64,000 nucleotides of DNA from a plasmid. Below are positions 45,533-56,158 of this stretch, in pieces (positions within the stretch are counted from its first letter, which is position 1; each line of letters starts with the position of its first letter). Position numbers and translations under genes: made by a program. A model generated the notes under the pieces. The model was given only the letters and a program-made list of their open reading frames with translations. It was not told the DNA's origin and did no database searches. The stretch is taken from sequence record OW967251.1; one strand, written 5' to 3'.

Positions 45533-47887
45533 TTATTTTCCTTTATGTGTCTCAATATGATTTTTAGGTGTTAGCGCCTTAATGTTATCGACATCCATAA
45601 CAGCCCCTCCTTGAGATATTTCTTTTTCGTGGTGTAATTCAATTTTAACACGTTTCCCTACTGATTCTAAAAAGTCCGCAGTAGGTGCCCTTCCAGCTTT
45701 CATCTGATTAATATCAGCTTCACTAAATTGCTTGCTTAGTGCAGAATCGTCAGCAACCGCTTTCCAGAACGCCCGACGGGAAGAATCAAAACTACCGAAA
45801 GTCTTCCCGCGTAATTTATCCGCAATCTGGGAAGGAACAGGAGCACCATCCCCGGTACTGGCCCCCCCCATCCAGTTATTGCCAACGTTCTGCCCTTTGC
45901 CGCTTACTGTACCGGGCATGTTACGAGGGCTACGGTACATCACATACAGCGGTTTTAGGCCGGACTCCGGTGGAAACACCAGAATAATATCGTCAAAATC
46001 GAGGTCATCCGCTACCGGCGTCACGGTTTTATCTGTAGCCTGTGGCGCCGAAATCTGATCACCGGTATGCAGAATACGCTCCGGTAGTGGTACCGGCCCG
46101 CTTAGCGTCAGTGGTCCATTTGCACCAAGTGCGTCAGCCGGGCTGACAAAAATAGTTTGCGCCGGTACATCTGCGACAGCGGGAAGAGTATAGCCCCAGT
46201 AGCCGGTTTCCTTATCCAGTACAGCACGAGCGACCTTCACGGCACCGGCAGTATTGGTTTTGACCAGCTGAACATCCAGAATGCCGCTATCATTCATAAC
46301 CAGACGGCCACGAACCGGCATACTGACAGATGTTTTCTGATCTGCTGCTTTATTCAATGCCGCGGTATCAGGCAGACCAAACGCATCGCCAGGCATCATC
46401 GAACTGATATCCCGACCGGGCACCATATCACTACCGACGCCAACTGATTTCGATAACACAAGACCGGCAATGGTTAATGCTACTGGGTTAGCCACCACAG
46501 CGACACTTAACGTCGCCAGAGCCTCGCTGATGAAAGCTCCCAGGCTGGCCGCAGCATCAGCCGACAGAGTAAAACCTCCACGTGACGCAGTTGACCAGGT
46601 CAGAGGAATAGCAAAAGGTGCCGCTGTAGCCGGGATACCCCTGACAGCCTGAATCTCTGAAGATTTCAGTTTATCTGCGGCTGTACAACGGGCCTGCAGC
46701 GCTTTTGCTTTTTCAGCAATGGCTCTGGCCTCCTCAGCGGCTTTCGCTGCTGCATCAGCCTGTCGTTTTTTTTCTGCCGCAGCGGCGGCTGCTGCTTCCG
46801 CCTCCTGGCGTTTACGTTCAGCAGCGGCGGCTTGTTCTGCGGACGCTAATGCAGCCTGGGCAGCCTGACGGCGCGTTTCTGCAGCATTATAGGCAGCTGA
46901 TGCCTGCAGACTGGCCTGCTCAGCGGCCGTTGCCTGACTGGCAAGACTGGTAGCAGCATTTCGTTTGTTCACCGCATCATTCTGCGCTGCATCAACCTGA
47001 GCTTTTGTGATCCCAGATGGATAGAACCGGTATCCCCAGTGGTCATGCTCTTTATTCGAACTGATAACCTCCCATTTTTGGGTACCGTATTGGCCGTTAT
47101 TATTTAGAGTGAGGCCTTTAATGCTTTGCTGCAGATCCTGATATTTTTTCTCAGCCTGAGTTGCTACTGGTACGGCATCGATAGCTTCCTTTCGCTTATT
47201 CTTCGCTGTATTAAGGGCATTATCTGCCACTGTTTTCAGGCGTGATGCTTCAGCAGTCGCCTGATTCAGATTATTACGCGCATCAGGAACAGTTTGATGT
47301 TGACCTGCAGCAGCCGCAGCAGAAATCGCATTCTGACGTTCTTTTTCAGCAGCGGCGGATGCCGCTGCTGTTTTCGCTGCGAATGCTTTTGCAGCCTCTT
47401 CTGCTTGCTGTTTTTCCTTAGCTACCTTCTCCGCTCGTGCAGCTTTTTCTGCTTCTGATGGACCTACAGCCACAAAAGCGCGGGTAGTATGTTCGTTATT
47501 ACCAGCCCCGGATGATCGGTTTTCCCAGTATCCCATCTGCCCGTTATGCATAACAAGAGACTGTCCCTGTGGCCCCTGCCCACCCTGACTTCCGCCATTA
47601 CCGGTAGAAGAACTGCGGACACCATCGAAGCCACTGACAGTTGTTGAGCCTTCCTCAGAGGACACAGTGTGAATCTGCCCCCGAATATCCGCCATATACC
47701 CACCATTACCATCACTGCGAATATTCGAGACATCTGATGCCCGGATTTGCGTCCCACCAAAACTATTAAACTGATTAGCCACATCACTGGCAGAAGGAGA
47801 GCTAAGGCCTGAGCTCGTAGCACCCTCACCGTTATAGTTAAATCCACCAATCACACATTTCCTTCTTTTGTTTTTTTTGTTTTCCAA
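45533..47887 (-). CDS. Nuclease bacteriocin (klebicin/colicin E-type) with a C-terminal HNH DNase domain
   Basis: 784 aa. The N-terminal domain is Gly-rich and translocation-like, the middle domain is Ala-rich and helical, and a pyocin-S-type domain is present. The C-terminus ...KIELHHEKEISQGGAVMDVDNIKALTPKNHIETHKGK corresponds to the colicin E9 HNH motif. Confidence 0.85.
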   Translation of the reverse strand: MENKKNKRRKCVIGGFNYNGEGATSSGLSSPSASDVANQFNSFGGTQIRASDVSNIRSDGNGGYMADIRGQIHTVSSEEGSTTVSGFDGVRSSSTGNGGSQGGQGPQGQSLVMHNGQMGYWENRSSGAGNNEHTTRAFVAVGPSEAEKAARAEKVAKEKQQAEEAAKAFAAKTAAASAAAEKERQNAISAAAAAGQHQTVPDARNNLNQATAEASRLKTVADNALNTAKNKRKEAIDAVPVATQAEKKYQDLQQSIKGLTLNNNGQYGTQKWEVISSNKEHDHWGYRFYPSGITKAQVDAAQNDAVNKRNAATSLASQATAAEQASLQASAAYNAAETRRQAAQAALASAEQAAAAERKRQEAEAAAAAAAEKKRQADAAAKAAEEARAIAEKAKALQARCTAADKLKSSEIQAVRGIPATAAPFAIPLTWSTASRGGFTLSADAAASLGAFISEALATLSVAVVANPVALTIAGLVLSKSVGVGSDMVPGRDISSMMPGDAFGLPDTAALNKAADQKTSVSMPVRGRLVMNDSGILDVQLVKTNTAGAVKVARAVLDKETGYWGYTLPAVADVPAQTIFVSPADALGANGPLTLSGPVPLPERILHTGDQISAPQATDKTVTPVADDLDFDDIILVFPPESGLKPLYVMYRSPRNMPGTVSGKGQNVGNNWMGGASTGDGAPVPSQIADKLRGKTFGSFDSSRRAFWKAVADDSALSKQFSEADINQMKAGRAPTADFLESVGKRVKIELHHEKEISQGGAVMDVDNIKALTPKNHIETHKGK

Positions 47888-48210
47888 TTTTCTGAAATAC
47901 GGCGTGCGGTTTATTGCTTCAGGACAGCTATCCGGAGGCTGTTATTAGTTCTCTGCCACGCCAGTTACTGCATATAAAAGCATGTATTTATATACAGTAT
48001 TTTGATGCTGCTCTTGATATACCAGCTCTGTCAATATGTCGTGGTTAACAATATTTTTATTTATTTTCATTCACTTAAAAATAACAGCAGAGGTGGACCC
48101 GAGGCAGAATGCGGATCATCAGAAAGAAAAAAAACGATTTGAGCTCTGATTCATAGCCCGATAGATTACTTAGTTCCCCCGAGTGCACGATAAAAAAGAG
48201 AGTATTTCTG

Positions 48211-48756
48211 ATGCCATTACCTGAGCGAATGAAACCCGCACGGGTCACCCGTAAACAGATGAAAGAACTGGTCAGTCAGCTGAATGGCATTCTCGATCAC
48301 ATCGATAACGGGATGGACGAAAACAATGAAGAACTAAAACAGATGATGGCAGACTGGAATGCACAGGTCGTCATACCCTGCGGGTTCTCTGATTTTCGTG
48401 ATTTTTCATCCTGGACAAGTGCACTAGATTTCACCAGGATGGCGCTTAATCAGGAAAAATACCTTGATGACTTTACATGGACAGAACTGAACGACGTTAT
48501 CAACTTCATACGCAAAGCAGAAGGTAGTGCATCTGACCACAGCTATGTACTCCAGTTACTGGAGATTAATTTCAGGGCAAACCCACTGGATCTCATCTAT
48601 CACCCTGACTGCTGGTTCAATGATGAAGCATTGTTTCATGCTCGGCTGACTACCGAAGAAATTGGTGGCTACCTGATGAAAAAATCAGGTCGATGGCTCA
48701 ACGATGCACCGGATATCCAGCTGGTGTATGCCATCCCCCAGGATATTTATGATTAA
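48211..48756 (+). CDS. Hypothetical protein (181 aa); function not recognised
   Basis: Long ORF with reasonable coding appearance. It lies between the bacteriocin module and the tra distal end. Confidence 0.4.
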   Translation: MPLPERMKPARVTRKQMKELVSQLNGILDHIDNGMDENNEELKQMMADWNAQVVIPCGFSDFRDFSSWTSALDFTRMALNQEKYLDDFTWTELNDVINFIRKAEGSASDHSYVLQLLEINFRANPLDLIYHPDCWFNDEALFHARLTTEEIGGYLMKKSGRWLNDAPDIQLVYAIPQDIYD

Positions 48757-48970
48757 CCAAGTCACCCTTTACCATAATCCCTTAATTGTAAGCACCGCCA
48801 GAACGGCCTCAGGGCGTTTCTGACGGGAAACTGGCAAAACACCGAAAACCCGCCAGAAACGCGCAGGGGCTGTTTTTACGGCATGCATGAGTATGCACGC
48901 AAGTGCATAGCGCGGAAATTCATGCCATTCAGCCAGGGTAAGTCCTGTTTCCGGCGTTCTTCTGATTCCG

Positions 48971-49318
48971 TTATAAATCTTTCCAGTCAGGTAATTTATT
49001 CACCTTTCGGCGCCACAGATGAAACAGTGCCATCGTCAGGCCAAATAACACGCCCGCAATAAGACTGATTTTGCAAGCGAACAGGGGTGGCATCCCCTGG
49101 GCCCGCCACACCATCCAGTACATCCACAGTCCGTATCCGACGGAGAAAGAGCCTGCCATCACGCCAAAAACCTGCCAGAACGGAGCAAACGGCAGCGGGG
49201 GAATGTTTATCCCCAGCCGCCACAACAGTCGTATCAGAAGCGGTGCATAATTGCTTTTCCACATCTTACAGCTGGCCATTATCGCCAGCGCCTTTTGTTT
49301 CCGCGCTTCAAAATCCAT
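48971..49318 (-). CDS. Small inner-membrane protein of unknown function
   Basis: 115 aa with two to three hydrophobic helices, located downstream of finO. Confidence 0.4.
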   Translation of the reverse strand: MDFEARKQKALAIMASCKMWKSNYAPLLIRLLWRLGINIPPLPFAPFWQVFGVMAGSFSVGYGLWMYWMVWRAQGMPPLFACKISLIAGVLFGLTMALFHLWRRKVNKLPDWKDL

Positions 49319-49337
49319 TTCCTCTCCTCGATTGTAT

Positions 49338-49949
49338 TCAGCCAGCTGACTGGCTCCGCATACGCTCAGTTCGCAGGAGTTCTTTCATCATGCGCTCGCT
49401 GGCGTACTGCGCTTCCCCTGCAGTGACGGTCGCGACGGCGTTCCCCTGCAGATCATAGCGGGCGGCTCCCTCCTTCATCCGGGACAGATAGCCCGCAGAC
49501 CGGGTCAGACTCTTCAGGCACTTAATCACCTGTTTATGCGACAGCGGCAGGTCACGGTTCACAATGTCGGCAAACAGCTGTTCGCGCATGCCCGTTGCCA
49601 GCAGACGGGGTGAGTTTCCGTCGAACAGCTGTGGCCAGAATGCCTTCAGCGTCATAATGGCCTGTTCCGGCGGCAGCAGGCGAAGATAACGCACCGGAGG
49701 TGGCGTCTTTACCGCTTTAACCGGCACCGGCGCAGCGTTGCGCGCGGCGGCTTCGGCCGCTTGTTTAACCTTCTCAAGTTTCTCTTTTTTTGCCTTCCAG
49801 GCCGGCGGGGACGAGACCACCACGACCTTCTTTCGGCGCACCACACCAGGAGCAGGGGTTGCCTCTGCGGGGGCCGTACTGTTCTCCGCCGGTTTTCGTT
49901 TCAGGCTCAGTACAGGGCGTTTTTCTTCACTCATAAGGGGCCATATCAA
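49338..49949 (-). CDS. finO: Fertility inhibition protein FinO (FinP RNA chaperone)
   Basis: Homologous to F FinO (..KRPVL.LKRK.., LPPEQAIMTLKAFWPQLFDG..PRLLA.G.R..L..D...R.LPLSHK). Confidence 0.85.
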   Translation of the reverse strand: MIWPLMSEEKRPVLSLKRKPAENSTAPAEATPAPGVVRRKKVVVVSSPPAWKAKKEKLEKVKQAAEAAARNAAPVPVKAVKTPPPVRYLRLLPPEQAIMTLKAFWPQLFDGNSPRLLATGMREQLFADIVNRDLPLSHKQVIKCLKSLTRSAGYLSRMKEGAARYDLQGNAVATVTAGEAQYASERMMKELLRTERMRSQSAG

Positions 49950-50091
49950 TAAAAGCTACAGGTCTGTGCTATACGATACGCTAACGGTATCATCGTTTCA
50001 CCTCGCAATGCAGTGGACACAACGATGATGTCCCCTTTGTCACGTTTACGGGCAATGTGCCCGCCCCCCGGACCTGTGTCCGGTTTTTTTT

Positions 50092-50817
50092 TTACATCGA
50101 GACGACAATACCGAGTACCGCCAGGTGCACCGCATAGAACATCACGAAGAACTGCCGCGGCCAGAAGCGTTTCACACGTTCTCCGGCAGATGAGCACACC
50201 ATCAGCGTCAGCAGCGCAATCGCCAGCCCGGCCACTGATTCACTCACGTCATGCATATTCATCAGCAACACCATGAGGGCCCACAGCACCCCGTATCCCA
50301 GCCGTTCCTGTGCATGCTGTGCGCGACAAAGCAGCCAGCTGGCGGTGAGCATGCCCACTCCGGCCATGCCGTAGCTGGCGGTTGACAGGGGTATCCAGGC
50401 GACCAGCAGTCCAGCCGCCGGGAGGGTGTAATACCAGGACGGCTGGCTGACCCACCGCAGGACCTGGCCCGTGACGGCAAAGGCAAACAGAATATTCCCG
50501 GAATACCACGGGTACCCGATGAGCATAAACGACACCTGGGCGACCAGCGCCCAGCCCCACAGGCTGTTCAGCTGCGACTGGCGTATTTCCGCGTGCCGGG
50601 CCAGATTCATTCCCCATGCCAGACCGAACAGCGGAAAACAGCCCCGTCCCAGCAGGCGCATCACTTCATTGTTTCCGGCCAGCAGTAAGCCGGTGTGGTC
50701 AGTCACCATCAGTACCAGTGCGACCGTTTTAATCATATCCGTTTGTCCCGGTGCCCAGGTCAGCAGGCGATGAAGCCAGCGGTCTGTCGCACCTGGAAAT
50801 GTGTGTTGTGCTCTCAT
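50092..50817 (-). CDS. traX: F-pilin acetyltransferase TraX
   Basis: 241 aa polytopic membrane protein between traI and finO. Confidence 0.85.
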   Translation of the reverse strand: MRAQHTFPGATDRWLHRLLTWAPGQTDMIKTVALVLMVTDHTGLLLAGNNEVMRLLGRGCFPLFGLAWGMNLARHAEIRQSQLNSLWGWALVAQVSFMLIGYPWYSGNILFAFAVTGQVLRWVSQPSWYYTLPAAGLLVAWIPLSTASYGMAGVGMLTASWLLCRAQHAQERLGYGVLWALMVLLMNMHDVSESVAGLAIALLTLMVCSSAGERVKRFWPRQFFVMFYAVHLAVLGIVVSM

Positions 50818-50896
50818 GTTTTTTTCCTTTTAGCGCTCCGGCAGACTGCCCGATTTTAATCGGGGAGGCTGCCGGAGCAGACAAGCCGCAGGCGCG

Positions 50897-53800
50897 TCAG
50901 TCGCCCCCGAGGGTTTTCTCGCGGTTAAGGTCACGAACCATGTCCCGCTCCACAGCCTGCAGACGCTCACGCTGCAGACGTTCTGAGGCCACCTGTTGAA
51001 TCGCCTCCTCCTGGCGCCGGAACTGAGGATCATCCGGTAGCGTCGTTTTCTCCGTACCCGGCCGGTCACGCTCCAGTCCGCGAATGACGTCCCCGATAAC
51101 CTCTTTCACCCGGTCCGCCGGCTCGCCGGCTTTACGCGCCTCCCCGGCCATTTCCCGGGCAGTCTGTTCCGCCTTTTTTTCCATTTCCCGGCGCTGCTGT
51201 TCTTCTGCCGCCCGCTGTGCCAGTACCTCTGGCGGGAGGATAATGTCAGCCCCGGCCTGCGGTACCGGAGCCACCGGCGCCGGTTCAGCCCATACCCGCC
51301 CACCGGTCATGGCCCCGGGGTTCCAGGGGCGGTCATCACCGGCCAGCCGCACCACCACCCCCGTATCGGGATTGTCGCGGGCCATTCTGACGCCTTCCCC
51401 CATATTCCCGGCCAGCAGGCTTTCTCCGTTGCGGCTGTTCTGCAGCGCCACGAACCGGGCGTCTTCATTGCCCATAATTCGTCCCTCTCCGCCGATAGCC
51501 TCCAGCCGTCCGTCCCGATCGGTCAGCGGGCTGAGCCAGATACCGGCGGCTTTCCCGTTTTTATCAAATGCCGGCAGCGCCACATGCGGCTGAGGGTACT
51601 TTTTCCCCGGAGAAATGAATTTTCCTGGTGAACTTCCCTGTGCCAGACCGGACTGCTGCAGGGCTGCCCGGCCCGCGGCGGTTTCATCCAGTGGCCTTGC
51701 CCGCCCGAACAGCAGATCGGCTGTTTTCACCGCCCGGTCGTTACGGGGTTCAAGAATATCGTGCGCCGTCGCTTTCTCAGGTGAATTCTTGATGGCCTTT
51801 ATCCAGCCCTCACGGTTGTCGGTGTAGACCTGAACATGCTGTTTCATGCGGGATAAAGCCACATAGGCAGACTCAAAGCTGGCCATCTGTTCCCGACCAC
51901 CGGCCACCCCTTCCAGCGCGATGGCATACGGTTCGCTGGCCCCCTGGGCACCGTGGGCGGTGATGGCGTAGGCGAGGTCGATATGCTGCTGTGCCTGCTC
52001 CGCCTTCGGGGTCAGCGTACGGGTGATTTTGCCATCAGACAGCGTGACACTGTCACCCGAAACAGACTGCACTTCCCAGATACTGTTGGCCACATAGCCG
52101 CGCTCCGGGTCACTTTTGCTGAAGCGCATTCGGTCCCCCTGAGACACGGTGATCTTTTCCTGACGATAGAGCGTGACGCCTTCTGCCGATGCCTCCCGGG
52201 GTGAGATAAATCGCTCCTTTCCTTCACTGTCTGTCAGGGTGATCAGCTGATTATCCTTATCCACCTTGCTGATACGGTGGTATACGTTATCAACCAGCGC
52301 CACCGCCTCCTTGTGAGCCGTCCAGGTCGACAGTTTGCGCAGTTCACCGTCACGGATGTTACTCGTGACCAGCACCGGCAGGGTGATTTCCTCTTTGCCG
52401 GTTTCCCCGTTCTCCCGCCGTGCGTCATGGATCAGACTGTTCAGCGCCCGCCGGTCCTTATTCAGATGGGTGATCACCAGCGTCTGCGACTGTGCCTCCG
52501 GGGTCCGTCCGGTATAGTCCTTCACCAGCGCCTCGTAGAGCGTCGCGGGCTGACCTTCCGGCAGGGTTTTCCCCTCGCTCAGCGCCTTTTCTATCGCCTT
52601 TTCCTGCTTTGGCGTGAATTCCACCACAGAACTGCCCGGCGCCCATGCGCCTTCTTTTCTCGGCACCTGCTCCGGCGTGACCTGCTCGATGGTGGTCAGG
52701 GCGCGGTGCACATCCCGCTCAATCAGGCTGTAGACCGCCGGTCGCAGCTCAGGCATCTGGCGTACAATCTCTTTCATGATGGCAACGTCGGCGGCGCTGC
52801 GCTGCTGCATCAACCTGAACGGCTGGCCCGGCGCGATGGGCTGCAGCTGGTCGTTATCCCCACTGGACACCGCCCGTCCACCGCCGGCGACGATGAGGGA
52901 GTGGGCTTTTGCCATATCGGCCAGCCCCACCATTGAGCTCTCGTCGAGCAGGAACAGGGTGTTGCTGAAATCGGGTGTCTGGCCATTGCGCTGCAGCAGC
53001 TGCGTGTCGTGGAGGAACGATGCCGTCGTGCGCGCATCCACGCCAGCACTCTGCATTTCCCCGACCGCGCGATGCGTCGGCGCCAGACCGATGACGCGCG
53101 GACGGGTCTCTTCCGGCAGCAGACTGATGGCACTCATGACTGCCCGGAACTGGGTGGTTTTCCCCACCCCGGCATACCCCTGAACCACCGTGAAGCGGTC
53201 CGTGCTTTCCAGAATCATCCGGGTCGCCGCCCGCTGTCCGGCGGTCAGGTCCGTCATCAGACTGGCCGGCACGCGGTCCATCAGGGGGGCCACCGCGTCT
53301 TTACCTTCCAGCACGTGGGTCAGGATGCTTTTTTCGGCGTCCCAGGTCTGACGGGAAATCAGCAGGTCATTGCCGTAGCCGTGCGCCACCGGTACATTCA
53401 GCAACTGCCCCGACCTGATTTGTGCCTGGATGGTCGTGTCGATGTCCGCCATCGAAACCTTCCCGCCCCCGGTTTCCATTGCCGTCGCCAGCAGCTGGGG
53501 CCGGGAGAAGGTCAGGTCCTGGCTCTCAAGCAGCGGGATGGCCAGGTGAATGGCCTGTTCTGCCGGGGTATGCAGCCCGGCCTTCTGCTGCGCAATGGCC
53601 GCATCCAGGTCCGTCTCGCCGGATCGGGACTTCAGCTGCTCTGAGACCACGCTGAACGCGGTATGCCGCGACAGCTTCTCCGTCGTACGCGCCGCATCCT
53701 GCGCCGAGTACAGCCGGAGATGACTTCCGCTCTGCGCCAGCTGGTTGAGGGTGGCGTTATCCAGCTCACGCTGCGTCACCGACGCAAAGACCGTTGCCGT

Positions 53801-56158
53801 CTCGCTAACCGACCTGCCGGGACTTTCCACCCAGCCGTGGCCGATTTTAATACCGTCAAACACGCCCGCGCCCACGGCCAGGGTCTGCGTGGTTTTCTGC
53901 CCCGGCCGCTGTACCGTCAGCTGCCCTTCCTCCACTTTCATCACCGTGATGCTTTCCCCGCCCTTCAGGCGTGTGTCCGGTATCTTCCCGAGCACCGCCA
54001 GACGTTCCCCCTCTGCCACCGGCAGTGTCTCTGCCCGGAACAGCGTCCACTGGCTGTCGACCGCGGAAACCTTCAGATCCAGACGGACCCCATCCCGGTC
54101 TTTCAGGGTCAGCATATTGCTGCTCGCGGTCACCCGGTCAATGACAAAGCGATCGTGCGTCCGGTTCTCCGGATCCCAGCGTTCCATCACCATCCCCTCC
54201 CGGTAATAATCCCGCACGCCCCGGCTTTTACTGTCCAGCCACACCGGCGTCAGGGCTGTAATGGTCGTGTCTTTCTCACCCAGCACCCCCTCCTGTCTGA
54301 GGGAGTCACGGATAAGGCCGTTGAGTACGCTCTGTTCACGCGTCCCGCTGATTTGGGCCACGCTTTCCTGCCCTTCACGTACGCTGACGGCAAACTCCTG
54401 TGCCAGCCGGCTGTAGCGTGCTCCTTTATCCGGTTCACTGATGATGTCGGCTGTGGTCTGTTGGCCGCCCTGCCAGCGATACGTATTCACGCCGCTGTCC
54501 TTCAGCACCGTCAGCGCACTGCCGGTCCCGCTGCGCTTCCCGCTGTCTGAGAGCAGGACCTGCACGTTATGGCGCATCGCGCCATCGAGCAGGGAAATCG
54601 TTTCCTTCAGGCTCAGCTTCTCCGCCTGATCCACGATGAGTGTTCCGCCCGGAATAAACGCCGTCCCGTCCTGCAGGGCGGATTTACCGGTCACCGTTTC
54701 CCCGGCCAGACGCACATCACCGGCGAGAAAATCACGTGAGCGGTTATCGGCCGCCAGGATATGGACGTCACGCCCCTGCTCCCGGGCCATCAGGGTTAAC
54801 TCGGCCACCCGCTCCCGCTGGCCGCTTGCACCGCCCTGACCGGAAACGATACCCATTACCGGGCGATCCTGCGCCAGCACGCTGACGGCATCGCTGAAAG
54901 GGACCTGGCGCACCACAGACGCATCAGGCGTGACTGAGACATGATTATGGCGCTGCACCTCCTGACTCAGGGCTTTGACGGCGAGTTCATCGAGAACGTG
55001 GATGTTTGAGGTGAACAGGCCTTTCTCGCGATCGAGAGGGATAAGCTGCTCCCGTTCAATGGCGGCATCGATGCCCTTTCTCGCCAGCTCAAACATACCG
55101 TCCTTCGCCTCCAGCTGGCCGACCGTGCGTGCCAGCAGGTCGGCATACGTGAACTGCACCTTGCGGTCGCTGAGACCGGCAATCGCTTTCGTCACCACAT
55201 CCGTGATATCCGGACCGTCAGTGTTCACCGGCGCGGCAGGTGCACGGGCCAGCTCTGCGGCTCGCGCATCGGCGGCCTCACGGTACCCCCGGATGTCAAA
55301 CCCGGTCTCCTTCAGCGTGTTCATCCACTCCACCATCTTCTCTGCCGGATCGATGGCTTCTTTCGACTTGCGGGTATCGAGCGCGGCCACATCCCGTGAC
55401 TTCAGGGAGGCATCGGGCCCTGCGGCCTCCCTGACCTCCTGAGACCGGGTGGAGAACGGTTCCACAGGGACCCCTTTCATCTCCCACATCCCGTGTTTGC
55501 CCACAACTTCCGTCTCATAGCCAAGCTTCTCAACCAGGGGTTTGAACGCCTCCCGGTAAAGCTTCCCGAACGCTATCTGGTTCGCGTACACGTTCTCGAT
55601 AAAACCTGTTTTACCGATCTTATCTGTGCCGAGAGACTGCCATTTGTCCCCGTTCTGCGTGGCGTTAATGACGACGGCATGGGTGTGTATCTGAGGTTCC
55701 TGGTTACGGTTCGTGTCGTGGTTGAATTTCGCCACAATCAGATTTCCGGTCAGCACCGTTTCGCTTTTACCGTCCGTCATGACACGGGTCGCGGCCAGCG
55801 TCTCCAGTTGCCGCACCGCTTCGGTTACCGCCTGGTTGTGGGCATCGATAAGGCGTTTATCGCCGCCCAGCATCGCCATGACCGACACGCTTTTGGGGGC
55901 CGAGAAGGTCAGGTCATAACCGGGCCGGTGCCTGTTGGCGCCGTCCTGTATCCGGGTCAGGTCGCTGCCATCCGGCAGCTTCCCTTTCAGCAGTTCCGTA
56001 AACAGCGCCTTATCCACGGCTTTCCCGTCGATCCCCAGCGCCTCAGCCCCCTTACCCTGCCAGCGTTCGTCCATACTCCCGATAACGTAGTAATTATCCT
56101 TATCCGTATAGTAATTACCGGCACTGCCCGCTGATTTAACGGAGCCAATCGACATCAT
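50897..56158 (-). CDS. traI: Relaxase/helicase TraI (MOBF)
   Basis: 1753 aa. It has an N-terminal trans-esterase domain ([24 protein letters not shown]) and RecD-like helicase domains. Confidence 0.95.
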   Translation of the reverse strand: MMSIGSVKSAGSAGNYYTDKDNYYVIGSMDERWQGKGAEALGIDGKAVDKALFTELLKGKLPDGSDLTRIQDGANRHRPGYDLTFSAPKSVSVMAMLGGDKRLIDAHNQAVTEAVRQLETLAATRVMTDGKSETVLTGNLIVAKFNHDTNRNQEPQIHTHAVVINATQNGDKWQSLGTDKIGKTGFIENVYANQIAFGKLYREAFKPLVEKLGYETEVVGKHGMWEMKGVPVEPFSTRSQEVREAAGPDASLKSRDVAALDTRKSKEAIDPAEKMVEWMNTLKETGFDIRGYREAADARAAELARAPAAPVNTDGPDITDVVTKAIAGLSDRKVQFTYADLLARTVGQLEAKDGMFELARKGIDAAIEREQLIPLDREKGLFTSNIHVLDELAVKALSQEVQRHNHVSVTPDASVVRQVPFSDAVSVLAQDRPVMGIVSGQGGASGQRERVAELTLMAREQGRDVHILAADNRSRDFLAGDVRLAGETVTGKSALQDGTAFIPGGTLIVDQAEKLSLKETISLLDGAMRHNVQVLLSDSGKRSGTGSALTVLKDSGVNTYRWQGGQQTTADIISEPDKGARYSRLAQEFAVSVREGQESVAQISGTREQSVLNGLIRDSLRQEGVLGEKDTTITALTPVWLDSKSRGVRDYYREGMVMERWDPENRTHDRFVIDRVTASSNMLTLKDRDGVRLDLKVSAVDSQWTLFRAETLPVAEGERLAVLGKIPDTRLKGGESITVMKVEEGQLTVQRPGQKTTQTLAVGAGVFDGIKIGHGWVESPGRSVSETATVFASVTQRELDNATLNQLAQSGSHLRLYSAQDAARTTEKLSRHTAFSVVSEQLKSRSGETDLDAAIAQQKAGLHTPAEQAIHLAIPLLESQDLTFSRPQLLATAMETGGGKVSMADIDTTIQAQIRSGQLLNVPVAHGYGNDLLISRQTWDAEKSILTHVLEGKDAVAPLMDRVPASLMTDLTAGQRAATRMILESTDRFTVVQGYAGVGKTTQFRAVMSAISLLPEETRPRVIGLAPTHRAVGEMQSAGVDARTTASFLHDTQLLQRNGQTPDFSNTLFLLDESSMVGLADMAKAHSLIVAGGGRAVSSGDNDQLQPIAPGQPFRLMQQRSAADVAIMKEIVRQMPELRPAVYSLIERDVHRALTTIEQVTPEQVPRKEGAWAPGSSVVEFTPKQEKAIEKALSEGKTLPEGQPATLYEALVKDYTGRTPEAQSQTLVITHLNKDRRALNSLIHDARRENGETGKEEITLPVLVTSNIRDGELRKLSTWTAHKEAVALVDNVYHRISKVDKDNQLITLTDSEGKERFISPREASAEGVTLYRQEKITVSQGDRMRFSKSDPERGYVANSIWEVQSVSGDSVTLSDGKITRTLTPKAEQAQQHIDLAYAITAHGAQGASEPYAIALEGVAGGREQMASFESAYVALSRMKQHVQVYTDNREGWIKAIKNSPEKATAHDILEPRNDRAVKTADLLFGRARPLDETAAGRAALQQSGLAQGSSPGKFISPGKKYPQPHVALPAFDKNGKAAGIWLSPLTDRDGRLEAIGGEGRIMGNEDARFVALQNSRNGESLLAGNMGEGVRMARDNPDTGVVVRLAGDDRPWNPGAMTGGRVWAEPAPVAPVPQAGADIILPPEVLAQRAAEEQQRREMEKKAEQTAREMAGEARKAGEPADRVKEVIGDVIRGLERDRPGTEKTTLPDDPQFRRQEEAIQQVASERLQRERLQAVERDMVRDLNREKTLGGD

